DNA of 64,000 nucleotides, taken from positions 20,956,001 to 21,020,000 of the forward strand of contig NC_086108.1 in NCBI RefSeq assembly GCF_963921235.1. The letters are read 5' to 3'. The position numbers and the translations under genes were made by a program. This stretch comes from Mobula hypostoma. Taxonomy: Eukaryota. The notes below the pieces were generated by a model, which did no database searches, was not told the DNA's origin, and worked only from the letters and a program-made list of their open reading frames with translations. How positions within the stretch are numbered: the stretch's first letter is position 1; every line of letters begins with the position of its first letter. This document shows, piece after piece, positions 32,906-46,692 of the stretch.

Positions 32906-34060
32906 GAAAATTATTTAAACTGAATCCATCAGTTAACGCTTGGGCATTTGGCATGACAGAACCAACTATCATTATGACTGAGAAAAGTAAAAAAATCAAG
33001 TTGAAAATTGAACAAATTTCAGTATTGCTTATGAAACTGGATACTGAAGGAGATGGAAAAAGAACACAAAACAATGACTCAAGGATTAAAATAGCCACTG
33101 TCCTTCTTCTCAAACATGATTTAAAAGAAATATCATATGAGATGTTCTTAACAAGCAGCAGTAAGGTGATAAGGGCAGCCAAATAAAATCATATTGCTCA
33201 CCAGAACAGACTTAATAGTTTTCAAACATTATAAATGTCCATTTGATTAAGATGACAGAAGTTGTTATCGCAGATATTTCAGCACTGTAATTAACATCGA
33301 AAATAACCTGGTTCCCCAGTAGGTCAGACAGATATTGACTGCAATGACATAGAAGTAGTTGAGGAGTTCTTACTTCACATGTTGAGGAGCTTATTAATGA
33401 GGACATTTAAGAGCTAATGAAGGAGCAGGTAGCAGCTGAGTTTGCTGAAAAGTTGGGAGCCTTCAATAAAAGTTTGTGTGAAAATGTTAAAGGATTTGTT
33501 TTCTAAAACAGAAGAGATTTCTGCAAATCCCAAAATACAATGTAGCATTAAGTAGTCCATAGCATTGAATTAAATGTTGCTTCTGCGAGCCTTCTGAAGA
33601 AAAGCTGCTAAAAATTAGCATTGTCATGGCATTGGTGTTAATTCATCAACTTCCACCTCCAATGGTACCTACCACATGTGTGTCATCCAATAAACCCAAT
33701 CCAGAGCCAACTATCTCAGTCACCTTTCTTCTACCCCACTAACACCAAAAGCATGTTCTGTCCATCTCTCACATCACTATCTTCTGCAGAACCATTTAAT
33801 TTCATCCTCTCTTTGACTTCTAAATGTAATAGAAAAATTACACTATACACTTTTTTAAATTCAGACAATTAAATATCTTAGTGATTGTTACATAGTTTGA
33901 TTTTTCAAAAAAAATAGAACGTGTCCTCTGATTGTATGAATCTTGCCATAATGTAAGCATTCTTTAGGAATGTTAGTCCTTGTTAAGCATTAGTGCTGGT
34001 ACTGACTAAATGTATATCTACACCTTTCCTCAAACCTTCTTTAAATATTTCTATGTTCTA

Positions 34061-34196
34061 TATTTAAGAGACTACTAGACAGGTATATGGAGGAATTTAA
34101 GGTGGGGGGTTATATGGGAGGCAGGGTTTAAGGGTCAGCACAACATTGTGGCCAAGGGGCCTGTACCGTGCTGTACCGTTCTATGTTCTATGTTCT
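34061..34196 (+). mobile_element. Short CR1 3' terminal fragment
   Basis: tttaagagactactagacagg...gtgctgtaccgttctatgttctatgttct. Confidence 0.8.
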
Positions 34197-34364
34197 TCAA
34201 AAGTCTTAGCTTGATCTGTCAGGTAACTGCCCCTGTCAATTCACATGGTCACTAGTAACCAATCAATGCAAACAAATTATTTATGCTAAATTTGCTAATA
34301 CAAGGTCTGTAGTTACACTACATACTCAAAAATGTGCTATTAAGATGTTCCACTGCTCACAGCT

Positions 34365-34720
34365 ATAGAAGTATACAGTAAAGAAAAATGCCCTTCAGCC
34401 TACCGCGTTCACACCAACCAGCAATCTCCCATTTACGTTAATCCCCAGCTATCCCATTTTCAAAATTCTCCCTTCATCATCATCAACAATTCCTTAGACT
34501 ATGCTATTCACCAACAAATTCGTAGCAATTTCACTGTATAATTAAACTACAAAGCAGCTAGTTTTTGCAATGTGGGATGAAATCAAAACACCTCACAGAA
34601 ACCTACATAGACACAGAGAGAACAGGCAATCACACAGATTGCACCCAAGGTCAGGATTGAAGCCAAGTCTCTGGCACTGTGAAGCAGTGGCTCTACTAGC
34701 TTTGCAACTGTCCACCCACT
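34365..34720 (-). mobile_element. HE1-like V-SINE (minus); another V-SINE follows on + at ~34850-35130
   Basis: CR1-like tail (cccttcagcc), tgtgggatgaaatcaaaacacc reverse V-domain, ggtcaggattgaagcc reverse B box. Confidence 0.6.
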
Positions 34721-35229
34721 TTACCAAATGACCCTTCAGCGATCATGCCCAATTTATTTGGTAGACTTCCTTTTGCAATTAATTCTTAATACTTCAAATT
34801 GGATTTTCTGTTATTATTTGGAATACCACTGTTTTACTGCCAGCACTCAGTGATCAGAATTCAGTTCCCACCACTGTCTATAAGGAGTTGTACATTCTTC
34901 CCATGACTCCATGGACTTCCTCAGGGTGCTCCAGTTTCCTCTCACATTCCAAAGACATATGGTTTAGAGTTAGTAAGTTGTGGGCATGCTATGACAGCAC
35001 CGGAAGCATGTCAGCACTTGTGTGCTGCCCCCAGCATATCCTCAAACAGGTTGATCATTGACACAAACAATGCATTTCACTCTATGTTATGAAGTTTTGA
35101 TATACATGTGACAAATAAAGCTAATCTCATCTCATTAAACCCTGTGCTGTTCCCTAGTAATTTAATAGAAATTCCCTTGTCTTTCGATCTTTGAGCCCAG
35201 GTCAAAATGAACAACATCCCTAAGAAGAC

Positions 35230-36022
35230 TGGAGGCGGAGTTAAGACGGCGCTAAATGGCGACTCCTTTGCTTGCATCTTTGGAAACAGCTCTATTTCCA
35301 TCTTTAATATCTTTATTTTTCCCTTTCAGGGTTCTTTCGAAGACCCTGACTTGGAGTTACACACAGACTTCGGTTCTTTGCAGGAATGGGACCTGTTCTC
35401 GGGGTTTCAGGACCGGCTGATGTTTGGCACACCAAGGGTTCAGCCCAAGTGTTTGGAAGCCTAAGATTTCGGGGCTCTGGAGACGGACAGATTGAGGGTC
35501 GGTGTCACGGCAGGAGACTCGTGTGTTGTCGGGGCGACTGGTAAATCTTTTGCTGTGTGCCCGAAGACCCGAGATCTTTGCCACCTTCGGGCACAGAGCT
35601 CGAGAAAAAGCGACAAAACGGACTTTGTAACATCATAAACCAGTGGGTTGTTGTTATGTCTCCCGCCCGCTGTGAAAATGGGGGACACCTCCCCCTCCCT
35701 CGCCAGGGAGGGAGAGAACCTGTGGGTTGCCAAATGCCGGATGAAATGCGATAGTCTTTGGGGTAAATGCAAGGTCTATGTCTTTGCTATCGCTTAGCTC
35801 ACACCTGTGCTCAGTAACAGGTGTGCTTTTTTTTGATGGGGGTTATCGTGGCCTTGCTCCCGCTTACATGCGGGGGGGAGCTGGGGGGGACTTTGGGGTT
35901 TGCACGTTTAACTTTCACTCATTCTTTGGGGTACTTCTCTGTTTTTGTGGATGTTTTGCGAAGAAAAAGCATTTCAGAATGTATATTGTATACATCTCTC
36001 TGACATTAAATTGAAACCTTTG
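35230..36022 (+). mobile_element. Non-coding ~790-bp non-autonomous LINE-like retroelement (second family)
   Basis: CpG-rich start ggaggcggagttaagacggcg; Rex1-like 3' end catttcagaatgtatattgtatacat..gacattaaa..acctttga; no credible ORF. Confidence 0.6.
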
Positions 36023-37043
36023 AAGAATACAAATTTATCAAAGAATAGTAGGAGGGATAACTCTCCCAACTAATACTAAGAAGGATAACTCTCCATCAAT
36101 AACTGAAGGCTTTTTTCTAAAAAAAACAAGACTATGCTTATAAAGTGGTTATAAATTCCCCTGGAAGCCTTTTCCACTCAGTTCACTTTGTTTAGCTGAG
36201 CAGCGCATTTTCAGAGGAAGGTTGTATGATAACTAAACAAACTTATTATAAAGTTGGACAAGAGCACAAATGTTTACATGGCTTTGCATGTATGGAGTGT
36301 AAATGAAGGTTGTAATCCTGATAATTCGAGACTGTCAAGTCAGGAGGAAACAAAGACTTGGACACGGCTTTAGCAATTAACAAACTCAGATGGAGTAAAG
36401 TCAAACAGAAGAGGAAGAAAATGGCAATGTTAGTAATGACATAAACATGACTTGAAGCTCTTCCTGGGATTAATCATGATACTAGGAAAGTCAAGAGAAA
36501 CCTTGTCCATTCTTGATTTGATCTCCTGTGACTTGATCCCATGTGACAGAAATAAAGGGGAACTTTGTTTAAAAAAACAATGATAACAATGAAACAATTA
36601 TGTCTTAACATAAATAACTTCATAAACAGCTTTAAGTAGGAACAAGGACAAGCCAAGAAAGTAACATCCATTTTGCCAAACAAGGGATGATTATTTAAAT
36701 TGTCTTTGGAATATTTAAGTTTCTTTCAGTGAGCAAAATTCAGTAATAAATGAGCAGATTTCCTACAGGTAATGTAAGCAAACCACCATCATGAACAGGA
36801 AAAAAACATGAACTTTAAAAAGGAGATCATTTACCTATAAACAAATACCAGCAGCCAGAGTTAACTCTTCCTCAAGTTTACAATGCCTTACATAATTAAA
36901 AAGATATTCAACTGGGAACATACATTTCATACTTTTATTGTTTTTAAAAAGGTACTTTTGGTTTGCTGATCTTTACCTTTTATCAACTCAGTGAAACACC
37001 CTCAGAATCAGAATCAAGTTTATTATCACTGGCATGTGTCGTG

Positions 37044-37437
37044 AAATTTGTTAACCTAGCAGCAGCAGTTCAATGCAATACATAATATAGAAAAAGAAAA
37101 AATAATCAATTACAGTATATGTATATCAAATAGATTAAAAATCATGTAAAAAAAGAAATAACATATATTTAAAAATGAGGTAGTGTTCATGGGTTCAATG
37201 ATCATTTAGGAATCGGATGGCAGAGGAGAAGTTGTTCTTCCTGAATCGCTGAGTGTGTGCCTTCGGGCTTCTGTACCTCCCGCCTGATAGTAACAGTGAG
37301 ACAAGGGCATGCCCTGGGTGCTGGGGGTTCTTAATAATGGACGCTGCCTTTCTGAGACACTGCTCCTTGAAGATGTGCTGGGTACTTTGTAAGCTAGTAT
37401 CCAAGGTGGAGCTGACTAAATTTACAACCCTCTGCAG
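37044..37437 (-). mobile_element. Rex1/Babar LINE 3' fragment
   Basis: CLRKAASIIKNPQHPGHALVSLLLSGGRYRS..FRKNNFSSAIRFLN; (ctgatt) tail. Confidence 0.85.
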
Positions 37438-38479
37438 TGTTATAAAGTTGCTCAGATTGAAAATAACCAAACCTTAATCAACAATGTCAAAGTTAAAGTA
37501 CATGACCATTACAGACTGGAGTGCAGGGAATCAAAGAATAAAGGATTTAAATAAACAATGACACACAGAAAATCCAGAAAGTAAACCCCATTATCAAACA
37601 TTATCTTAAATATGAGTAGAGATTGAAGAAAAGAATGCTTTGCAATCTGGAAAGTAGTTGTACATTAGGAAGGTACATTAGATATTTTAAGAAGTACATT
37701 AAATATTTAAACTTTTGAACGCTTGGATTTAATGTACCATTCAATTCCAAAAGTTTAAAGTGAGCTGCAAGTTCAAACATAAAAAGGTAATATTCGAATT
37801 GATACTAAAAGATGCAATAGATTAGATTTTCAAAACAACGAATTTATGAAACTGGACTCTGCATAACGATGAATTTCAGGACAGTGTACATACACCAGAG
37901 GGGTTGCATTCTAGAACTGTCTGTGTTGTTATTGTTTTGAAACCCAAATCCTGGATAAAAATTTACAAAATGTGTTACTTTTTATTTTTTTTAAATCATA
38001 TAAATTCTATAAAAGCAACTTCTTATTCCATATTAATTTTTAGTAGTGATTTCTCTGAATTCTGTCTGAGTGAATTTCCATTACCAAACTGCTACAACAT
38101 GGGGGTATACTATTCTAGATGAATGATTATTATCATTACCTTGTAAAAAATAAACAGGGAAATCCTGAGACAGTGAGAAGACTTAAAGAAAGATAAAACA
38201 TCTGTATTCTTATTAAGAGAACTTCAGAAGTTTCTGTAAATTCTAGATTAATGGTTAAAAGAAGACAAATTTAGAGATTATTTATCAAGTACTCCACATC
38301 CAAAACCCACAATGCAAATGAGTCCTTTACTACTTTAAAACATCAAGAATCAAAACAACCTTAACTCTGAGCTAGATGCTTATAAATAGTGATTTTTATT
38401 AATAGATTGAAGCAAAACATTAACTAAACATGTAAATTCCATTTGATCAAACCTAATAAAAGTAGATTGTTGCATAATA

Positions 38480-39132
38480 TAGATTAGATTATGAGGTGTC
38501 ACAGTCCTCTTTTATTGTCATTTAGTAATGCATGCATTAAGAAATGATACAATGTTTTCCCAGAATAATATCACAGAAACAGAAACACATGACAAACCAA
38601 CTTAAAAACTGGCAAAAACCACATAATTATAACATATAGTTACAACAGTGCAAAGCAATACCATAATTTGACAAGAACAGACCATGGGCATGGTAAAAGT
38701 CTCAAAGTCTCTTGAAAGTCCCATCATCTCACACAGACCGTGAACCTCCAGCGCCGCAAACTTGCTGTTGCAGCATCCTGGAAGCATCTGACCACAGCCC
38801 GACTCCGAGTCTGTCCAAAAACTCCGAGCCTCTGACTAGCTCTCTGACACCGAGCACCGAGCACCATCTCTGCCGAGCACTTCGACCTCTGCCCTGGCAA
38901 CAGGCAATAGGCAAAGCCGAGGATTTGGGGCCTTCCCCTCCGGAGATTCTCGATCACACAGTAGCAGCGGCAGTGAAGTGAGCATTTCAGAAGTTTCTCC
39001 AGGTGTTCCTCCGTGCTTCTCACGGCTGTCTCCATCAAATCAGGATTGTGCATGGCCCCCTAGTTAACATATGTCGATATCATTTGGAACAGCCACGCGT
39101 GTTGCGTTGCGCCGCCATCTTCTCCTCCCTCC
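38480..39132 (-). mobile_element. Second copy of the ~650-bp non-autonomous element
   Basis: Co-linear with 23650-24300; (aatct) tail; flanks ttgcataat / ttgtataat. Confidence 0.78.
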
Positions 39133-41961
39133 TTGTATAATTGTAATTTGTATAGAGACAATAATTCATTTGTATCACAAATTCTTTTTTACCTTACACC
39201 TCTAATGGGAGCCATATCTTCAGCCATCTAGGCTGAAACATTGTAATTGCTCTCAAAGATATTTCTAAAGCCAAGCTGCAACACTCTCTACCAATTATAT
39301 CCATACAAGTTCATTGTTATCTGATTATACTCAAGCAAACTGTATTTAAGGCATTAAATACAATAGGCCTGTTACTATAACACACAGATCATTAACAGTA
39401 CTAGATGTACTAGTCAACAAATGTGGGCACAAATACTCGACTAACATAGATAATATTAATATAATATTCACTACATAATACAATTTGAGGGGAGTGTCAA
39501 CGTTACAATCAGACATCAACTCTGGGTTCTGTATATTCTTCCAGATACTGAAGATACCATTATACTATTCTGAAGAGCAGAGAAGGTATCCCTAGTATCC
39601 CGTTTATTATGAAGATTGGAATAGAAACAAGAGATGTCAGCATTTATTTTAAATATGTTCACCTATAGCCAAACATCCTCACTTAAGTCGGTATTTAGAT
39701 TCATAAAGTCACACAGTATGAAAACAGGCCCTTCAGACCTAGACCATACTTCAGTAATACCTGACTTACATATATATAGATATCCCTGAATTATATATCC
39801 CTGAATTCATCCACCTTACCAAGCTTCTTGTATTGAAATAAAAGTATTTTAATCTAACAGTCTTCCCTTGCTCCCTGCCGTGCTCCTGTATGTCTTGTTT
39901 ACTGAAAGTTATCACCGAGTTTCCACCAACTCCTCACCTCTCACCTACCGCACTACCCGTTGCCAATCTAGTTTAAGCCTTCCAAAGCAGCACTAACAAA
40001 TCAGCATACCAGAATATCAGTTCCCCTCAAAGTTCTTCAAAAATTCTGGCAAAAGCCACAATCACTCCAGTCCCCGCTTCAAAAGTTAAAAGTTACGCAA
40101 TTTTTTAATGAACATTTGATAATGAGGATTTGATTAAATTGAAAAATATGAATCCCATCTGGTTATATATGAATTAAACTACAGTATTGAAATGAGATTA
40201 TTAAATTGCCATTTTCAAACAAACTCCTTTCAGATCTAATTTCAAAACTAAGAGTGACTGTAAACTTATTTCTTCAATGGTATCCCGAATCAGGAAAGGC
40301 ACTGCATAAATTTAATGTAATTTGTAAAGCATCACCCTATAAACTTCAGAGCTTTCATTCAATATGACTTTGTAGAAAATGTATTGTAACACCACTAAGA
40401 TGATGTGAAACAATAATCGGCAAGGTAGTTTTTACAAGAGTATAGCTTGGCAAGGCTTAAGACAGCATTAAAAAAATCTCAGCATATGCAATTTGAATGT
40501 CAACGAAATTTTATACTACACATGTATCAGATAACTATTGATTTAATCTGATTTGATACAAATTCATCTCTGGCCAAGTTAAAAATCTAAATACAGATGT
40601 TGAAAATCTGAATTGCTAACAGAAAATACTGGAAATATTTAAGGCAGGCAGCACCTCCGGAAATAAAAAGAAAATCACCAATATCCTTCTGGAAGTTACA
40701 GCTAAATCTGTACATAACACCCTCTCAAACAATATTCTCCTGATCAGAATCTTTCACTAACTCCGCCTCCCCCCCCCCCAACACCCCACCACACACATCT
40801 GCCATTTTAAATTTCTAAGCTGTGGTTATTAATTATTCTACCAGGGGAATGACTTTCTCCCTCTATTTACACTCCACGTTAAATCTATCTTTAATATACC
40901 CTACACTAAAGCAAACAATTCCAGCTACGATTTCTTTTCCACCAAACTGAATTACAACCAATAAGAACTAGCATAAAAATGAGAAGGAGAATAAATACAC
41001 CCAAGATTTTTCACATAAAAGAAAGATTGATGCACAAGATACATAAAATATAGCCTCATTGCATAAATTTTGTCATGTACTTATTTCTGGTTAGATTTTA
41101 TCATTTTTTACAAAGCCTAATTGAAGTAGTAATTTTTTTTTGCAGGGTTTACAACACAACCCATTGCTCTCTCTGTCTGTAATTACTCTGAGGAAATACA
41201 CGTACTAACCACAAACTAAGCAGTTAATTCAGAGTTTGCAAATACATGATTTCTCCCACCATGTGCATTTTCAAAAATAGAAACAAGTCTGAGAAAAAGC
41301 TATACACAGCCTGATGATTTTCTCCACAGAAAGATGACTCCTGCTCAACTATAACATCTTTGATAACTACAGCCTTCCTGCATTTACTTTATTACATTTA
41401 AATGTTTGTGGTATTCATCTGCGGACTGAGGATACGCACATCATCTCAGCACAACCATCAAAAAAGAAAATCAATAATCACCCATGCCCCACAAATCACA
41501 GCATTTTAACAACTAATTAAATTTTGCTAGCACTCTCAAATGAACATTTTGACAATGCAAATTTTGAAGAAATGACCTTTCTGCTAATATAAGTAAGTGC
41601 TCACTTCACTGATGAATCATAAAACTTTTCCACAAATATTATGAGAAACAATCAAAACTGAAATGTTTAACTTCATTCTTTCCCAACTAGAGGCCAGCAT
41701 TCAATATTTCTATTATTATCCTGGTTAAATTCAGCTATTTTAGAGGTCAAAGCAGGGATTTGTTCATCCAATAAGATAACTAATTGTTCTCTTACTAAAA
41801 AAAAGTAATTCAACATCACAGAATGTACACATAAATTCAAGTATGAATAGTCTCCAGGACAAAGAGAAAGACATTTACCAAATTTAACACAGGAAAGACT
41901 AAACGTTAATCTTTATCAAGCTATGCTTCAGTATCAACTACGAACAGACAGAAATGTTTTA

Positions 41962-43422
41962 CAGGTGTCCCACGCTTTTCAAACGTTCGCTTTACAAAAT
42001 CTCACTGTTACGAAAGACCTACATTAGTTCCCTGTTTTCGCTAACAGAAGGTGTTTTCACTGTTATGAAAAAAGGCAGCACACGAGAAAAGCACACCCCA
42101 AGCAGCCACTCTCCCCTGGATTTGGAACGGCATTCTTGCCAGCATAGCTTAAACACATGCCTGTGAGCAGCCGTTAGCGAGATGAGTTCTAAGGTATTGG
42201 AAAAGCCTGAAAGAGCTGGTAAGGGTGTTACACTTAGCATAAAACTAGACATAATTAAGCACTTCGATCGTGGTGACCGAAGTAAGGACAAAGTGAGTTT
42301 GGCTTGTGGAAGTTGACGAAGATGATGTTGAAGAGGTTTTGGCATCCCATGACCAAGAACTGATAGATGAACAGCTGATGCAATTGGAAGAGGGAAGGAT
42401 AACAATCGAAACCGAATGAGTAATGATAAAGTATGACTTTAATTTTGAAAGGGTACGTCGGTTTAAGGCATATGTGCAGGATGGTTTCAGTCCTTATAAA
42501 GAACTGTATGATCTAAACATGTGCGAGGCTAAGCAATCAAGCAAGCCTTCCACATCAGCCACAGCAGACGACAAACTTCGACCTTCGACATCGAGGCAGG
42601 CAGAGATAGAAGAAGATGACCTGCCTGCTCTAATGGAAACAGACGACGAGCTGACACCCCAGTGTCCCACCACCCCAACCCCCAGGCTGTGGACAGATAC
42701 CGATTCACGGAGAATGCAGCGGTAGCCAGGAGGCACACAGCACATCTTTAAGAAAAAAGCTGAAATAAACAAGCTAATTAATTAGGCGCCGGGTGGCACC
42801 TAATTAATTAGCATGTTTATTTCAGCTTTTTTCTTAAAGATGTGCTGTGTGCCTCCCGGCTACTGCTGGACCGCTGTGTTCTCCACAGATCAGTATTGGT
42901 TCACTGCCTGGAGGGTGGGGGCCACTGCACCACCCCAACATCTGACAACTCAGCCTAACACACCATCATTAGTAGGCTCGGCAAGCTGTCTTCCCGATTC
43001 CCGTGATACTACACTGCACATACATTATTTCTACTTTACATAGGCTGCGTATTTTTACGTGTTATTTGGTATGATTTGGCAGCTTCGTAGCTTAAAGGTC
43101 ATTGGAGAGAGTGTTTCTGGTGAGATCGCTTTCGTGAGATTTTCGCTACGGAGAACAGTTCAGGCAATGATTGTGGAAAAGTATCTCTATTTTATATAGG
43201 CTGTGTATTTATCATATCATTCCTGCTTTTACTATAAGTTACTGTAATTTTAGGTTTTATGTGTTATTTGGCATGATTTGGTAGTAGGTTATTTTTGGGT
43301 CTGTGAACACTCACAAAATTTTCCCATATAGATAAATGGAAATTGCTTCTTCGCTTTACGACATTCCAGCTTACGAACCGTTTCATAAGAACGCTCTACC
43401 TTCGGATGGCGGGGGAAACCTG
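41962..43422 (+). mobile_element. Internally deleted Tigger/pogo DNA transposon
   Basis: TIRs caggtgtcccacgc / gcgggggaaacctg, TA on the left; HTH remnant VTLSIKLDIIKHFDRGDRSKD; acidic C-terminus EDDVEEVLASHDQELIDEQL..PYKELY. Confidence 0.85.
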
Positions 43423-43825
43423 GGTATTCTAATACAATAAAACCATTGTATCCTATAAAAAGCTCAAAAGTATCAGAACAAGATATGAAGCACAACAAGT
43501 CTAGCATCTAATTGAAATGACAGAATCCTAAATGCTGACTATTACTTCAGATCCTTTCAAATTGAAGTTCTGAAGTGTTTTTAATTAAGTATCCATATGA
43601 AAAACACAAGAGATTCTGCAGGTGCTGGAAATCCAAAAATCCAAGCAACACATACAAAATGCTGATGAAATGCCTAAAATATCAACTGTTTATTCATTTC
43701 TATAGATGCCGCCTGACCTGCTGAGTTGCTTCTGCATTTTGTTTGTGTTGATCTATAATCAACAAATCTCATTTCGGAAACCTGAAAAATAAATGGCTAT
43801 TTTGTAAAACACAGTGAAACATTAA

Positions 43826-44122
43826 TTAGATTAGATTATGTGGACACACAGTCCTCTTTTATTGTCATTTAGTAATGCATGCATTAAAAAATGATACAAT
43901 GTTTTCCCAGAATAATATCACAGAAACAGAAACACATGACAAACCAACTTAAAAACTGGCAAAAACCACATAATTATAACATATAGTTACAACAGTGCAA
44001 AGCAATACCATAATTTGATAAGAACAGACCATGGGCACGGTAAAAGTCTCAAAGTCTCTCGAAAGTCCCATCATCTCACGCAGACGGTGAACCTCCAGCA
44101 CCGCAAACTTGCCGATGCAGCA
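43826..44122 (-). mobile_element. 5'-truncated third copy of the ~650-bp element
   Basis: Near-identical to 38480-38772. Confidence 0.8.
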
Positions 44123-44164
44123 AGTCACTATCTGATTGTTCAGCATCTGGTTTCCCATGCTTCT

Positions 44165-45778
44165 TGAAACACACCAGGGATCACAGTGGTCCTGTGTTCT
44201 CTGTCTGGGAGGCCAATGTTAGGCTGTCTTTAAGGAGGGTGTACCCTCGCAAGTCGGCAGGCCCTAGCGGAGTACCTGGTAAGGTTCTGAAAACTTGTGC
44301 CAAGCAACTGGCGGGAGTATTCAAGAACATTTTCAACCTCTCACTGTTAAGCTTGGAAGTTCCCACCTGCTTCAAGAAGGCAACATTTATACCAGTGCCT
44401 GAGAAAAGTAGTGTGAGCTGCCCAGTAGCACACACATCTGCGGTGATGAAATACTTTGAGAGGTTGGCCCTGGCTAGTATGAACTCCTGCCTCAGCAAGG
44501 ACCTGGACCCATTGCAATTTGCCTATTGCCACAATAGGTCTACAGCTGACGCAATCTCAATGGCTCTTCACATGGCCCTAAATAATCTGTTCAATACAAA
44601 CACTTAGGTCAGTATGCTGTTCGTTGACTATAGCTCAGTGTTCAACACATCATTCTCACAGTCCTGATCGATAAACTACAGAACCCAGGCCTCCGTACCT
44701 CCCTCTGCAATCGGATCCGCAACTTCCTAATCAGAAGACCACAATCTGTGTGAATTGGAGAAAATATCTCCTCCTCACTCACGATCAATGCTGCACACCT
44801 CAGGGATATGTGCTCAGCCCACTGCTCTACACTCTCTACACCCATGACTGTGTGTATACTATACCTAAGTATAACTCAAGTACCATCCATAAATTTGTTG
44901 ATGATACAACCATTGTTAGAATCTCAGATGGAGGTGACAGGGTGTACAGGAGTGAGATATACCAGCTAGTTGAGTGGTGTTGCAGCAACAACCTTGCACT
45001 CACTGTCAGTAAGACTAAAGAACTGATTGTGGACTTTAGGAAGGGCAAGATGAGGGAACACGAAGCAGTTCTCATAGAGGGATCAGAGTGGGGAGAATGA
45101 GCAATTTCAAGTTCCTAGGTGTCAAGATCTCTGAGGATCTAATCTGGTTCCAACATATCGATGCATTTATAAAGAAGGCAAGATGGCGATTATATTTCAT
45201 TAGGAGTTTGAAGAGATTTGGTTTGTCACCTAAAATACCCATTAACTTCTATAGATGTACATTGGAGAGCATTCTGACAGGCTGCATCACTGTCTGGCAT
45301 GGAAGAGGGGCCACTGCACAGGACCAAAAGAAGCTACAAAAAGTTGTAAGGTTAGTCAGCTCCATTTGGGGTACTACACTCCATCGTATCCGAGACATCT
45401 TCAAGGAGCAGTGGCTCAGAAAGGCGACATCCATTATGAAGGACCGCCATCACCCAAAGCGTGCCCTCTTCTTATTGTTACGTCAGGAAGGAGGTACAGA
45501 AGCCTGAAGGCACACACTGACTGATTCAGGAATAGCTTCTTCCCCTCTGCCATACGATTCCTAAATGGACAATGAACGCATGAACACTACCTCACTTTTT
45601 TAAAGTATATATTATTTCTGTTTTTGCACCATTTTTAATCCATTTAATATACATATATATATTTACTGTAATTGATTTACTTATCTATTTTTTTCCTTCT
45701 ATATTATCATTGTACTACTGCTGCTACCAAGTTAAATTTCACGACACACGCCGGTGATAATAAACCTGATTCTGATTC
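44165..45778 (+). mobile_element. Rex1/Babar LINE, 5'-truncated, disrupted RT
   Basis: KSAGPSGVPGKVLKTCA, LDPLQFAY..NRSTADAI, PQGYVLSPLLY, KFVDDTTI; ctgattctgatt tail. Confidence 0.92.
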
Positions 45779-46465
45779 CCATTTCTCATGCTCCCCTGAA
45801 ACATGCCAAAGGCCTTGCTTCCCAAGCTCCCTTGAAATGTGACGGAGCCCTGTTTCCCATCCTCCCTTAAAGCTCACCATCTTTCATTTCACATACTCCC
45901 TTTAAGTTCACTAGCTTCTGTTCAAAAGCTCCCACTACTCTTACTCGATTGCTGTTAAAAGTATTTCAAAGCCTACCCAAGCTAAGGCAGAGTTCTTTTT
46001 TGTGGACTATTCATAACCTGGACAGTTCACAAGTCAGAATGTGGCCATTTACCAAGTTCCCACAAGGCAGAAGATGCCATCAGCCCTGCAGAAAATGGCA
46101 AATCCATCCTACTAGCCTCCAAAATTTTGTTCCTCTAATAAAGGGGAGCATACAAGTTTTTTTTTAACGTATTCTACTGTAATTCTAAATATTATATTAA
46201 AAGGGTGCTGAGAGCATTAAGTGAAATAATAGCCAACAGTTTGCAAAACCCTGCCAAACCATCAAAATCCCAAGGGTGCTAGATAAATAGCATTTTAAAT
46301 ATAATGGGTAATTTGTAAAATGCCCCTCATAAGTAGAATTAGGCCATTGGGCCCATCCGCCATTCCATCATGGCTGATTTATTATCCCCCCCACCCAATT
46401 CTCTTGCCTTCTCCCCATAACTTTGGAACCCTGATTAATCAAGAAGCTATCAATGTCCACTCTAA

Positions 46466-46692
46466 ATATTTATTTATTGAGACACAATGCAGATTAGGCT
46501 CTTTTGGCCTTTCGAACCACGCCACCCAGCAATCACCATATTTAATCCCAGCATAATCATGGGTTAATTTACATTAACCAATTAATCTACAGTACCAACC
46601 TTTGGTTTTGGACTGTGGGAAGAACCAGAGCACCTGGGGGAAACCCACATGGTCACAGGGAGAACGTACAAACTCCTATCGGCAGTGGCAGG
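46466..46692 (-). mobile_element. V-SINE inserted in the CR1 3' end
   Basis: ttggactgtgggaagaaccagagcacctgggggaaacccacatggtcacagggagaacgtacaaactcc (reverse V-domain); (ttta)n tail. Confidence 0.75.

Noticed and set aside
36054..36110. Short tandem duplications (ggataactctcc x2; also tatatccctgaatt x2 at ~39779-39808)
   Set aside because: Ordinary slippage duplications with no sign of function.
39133..41960. Relatively TE-poor AT-rich stretch as a possible conserved enhancer region
   Set aside because: Conservation cannot be assessed from one sequence, and faint old repeat remnants are present.
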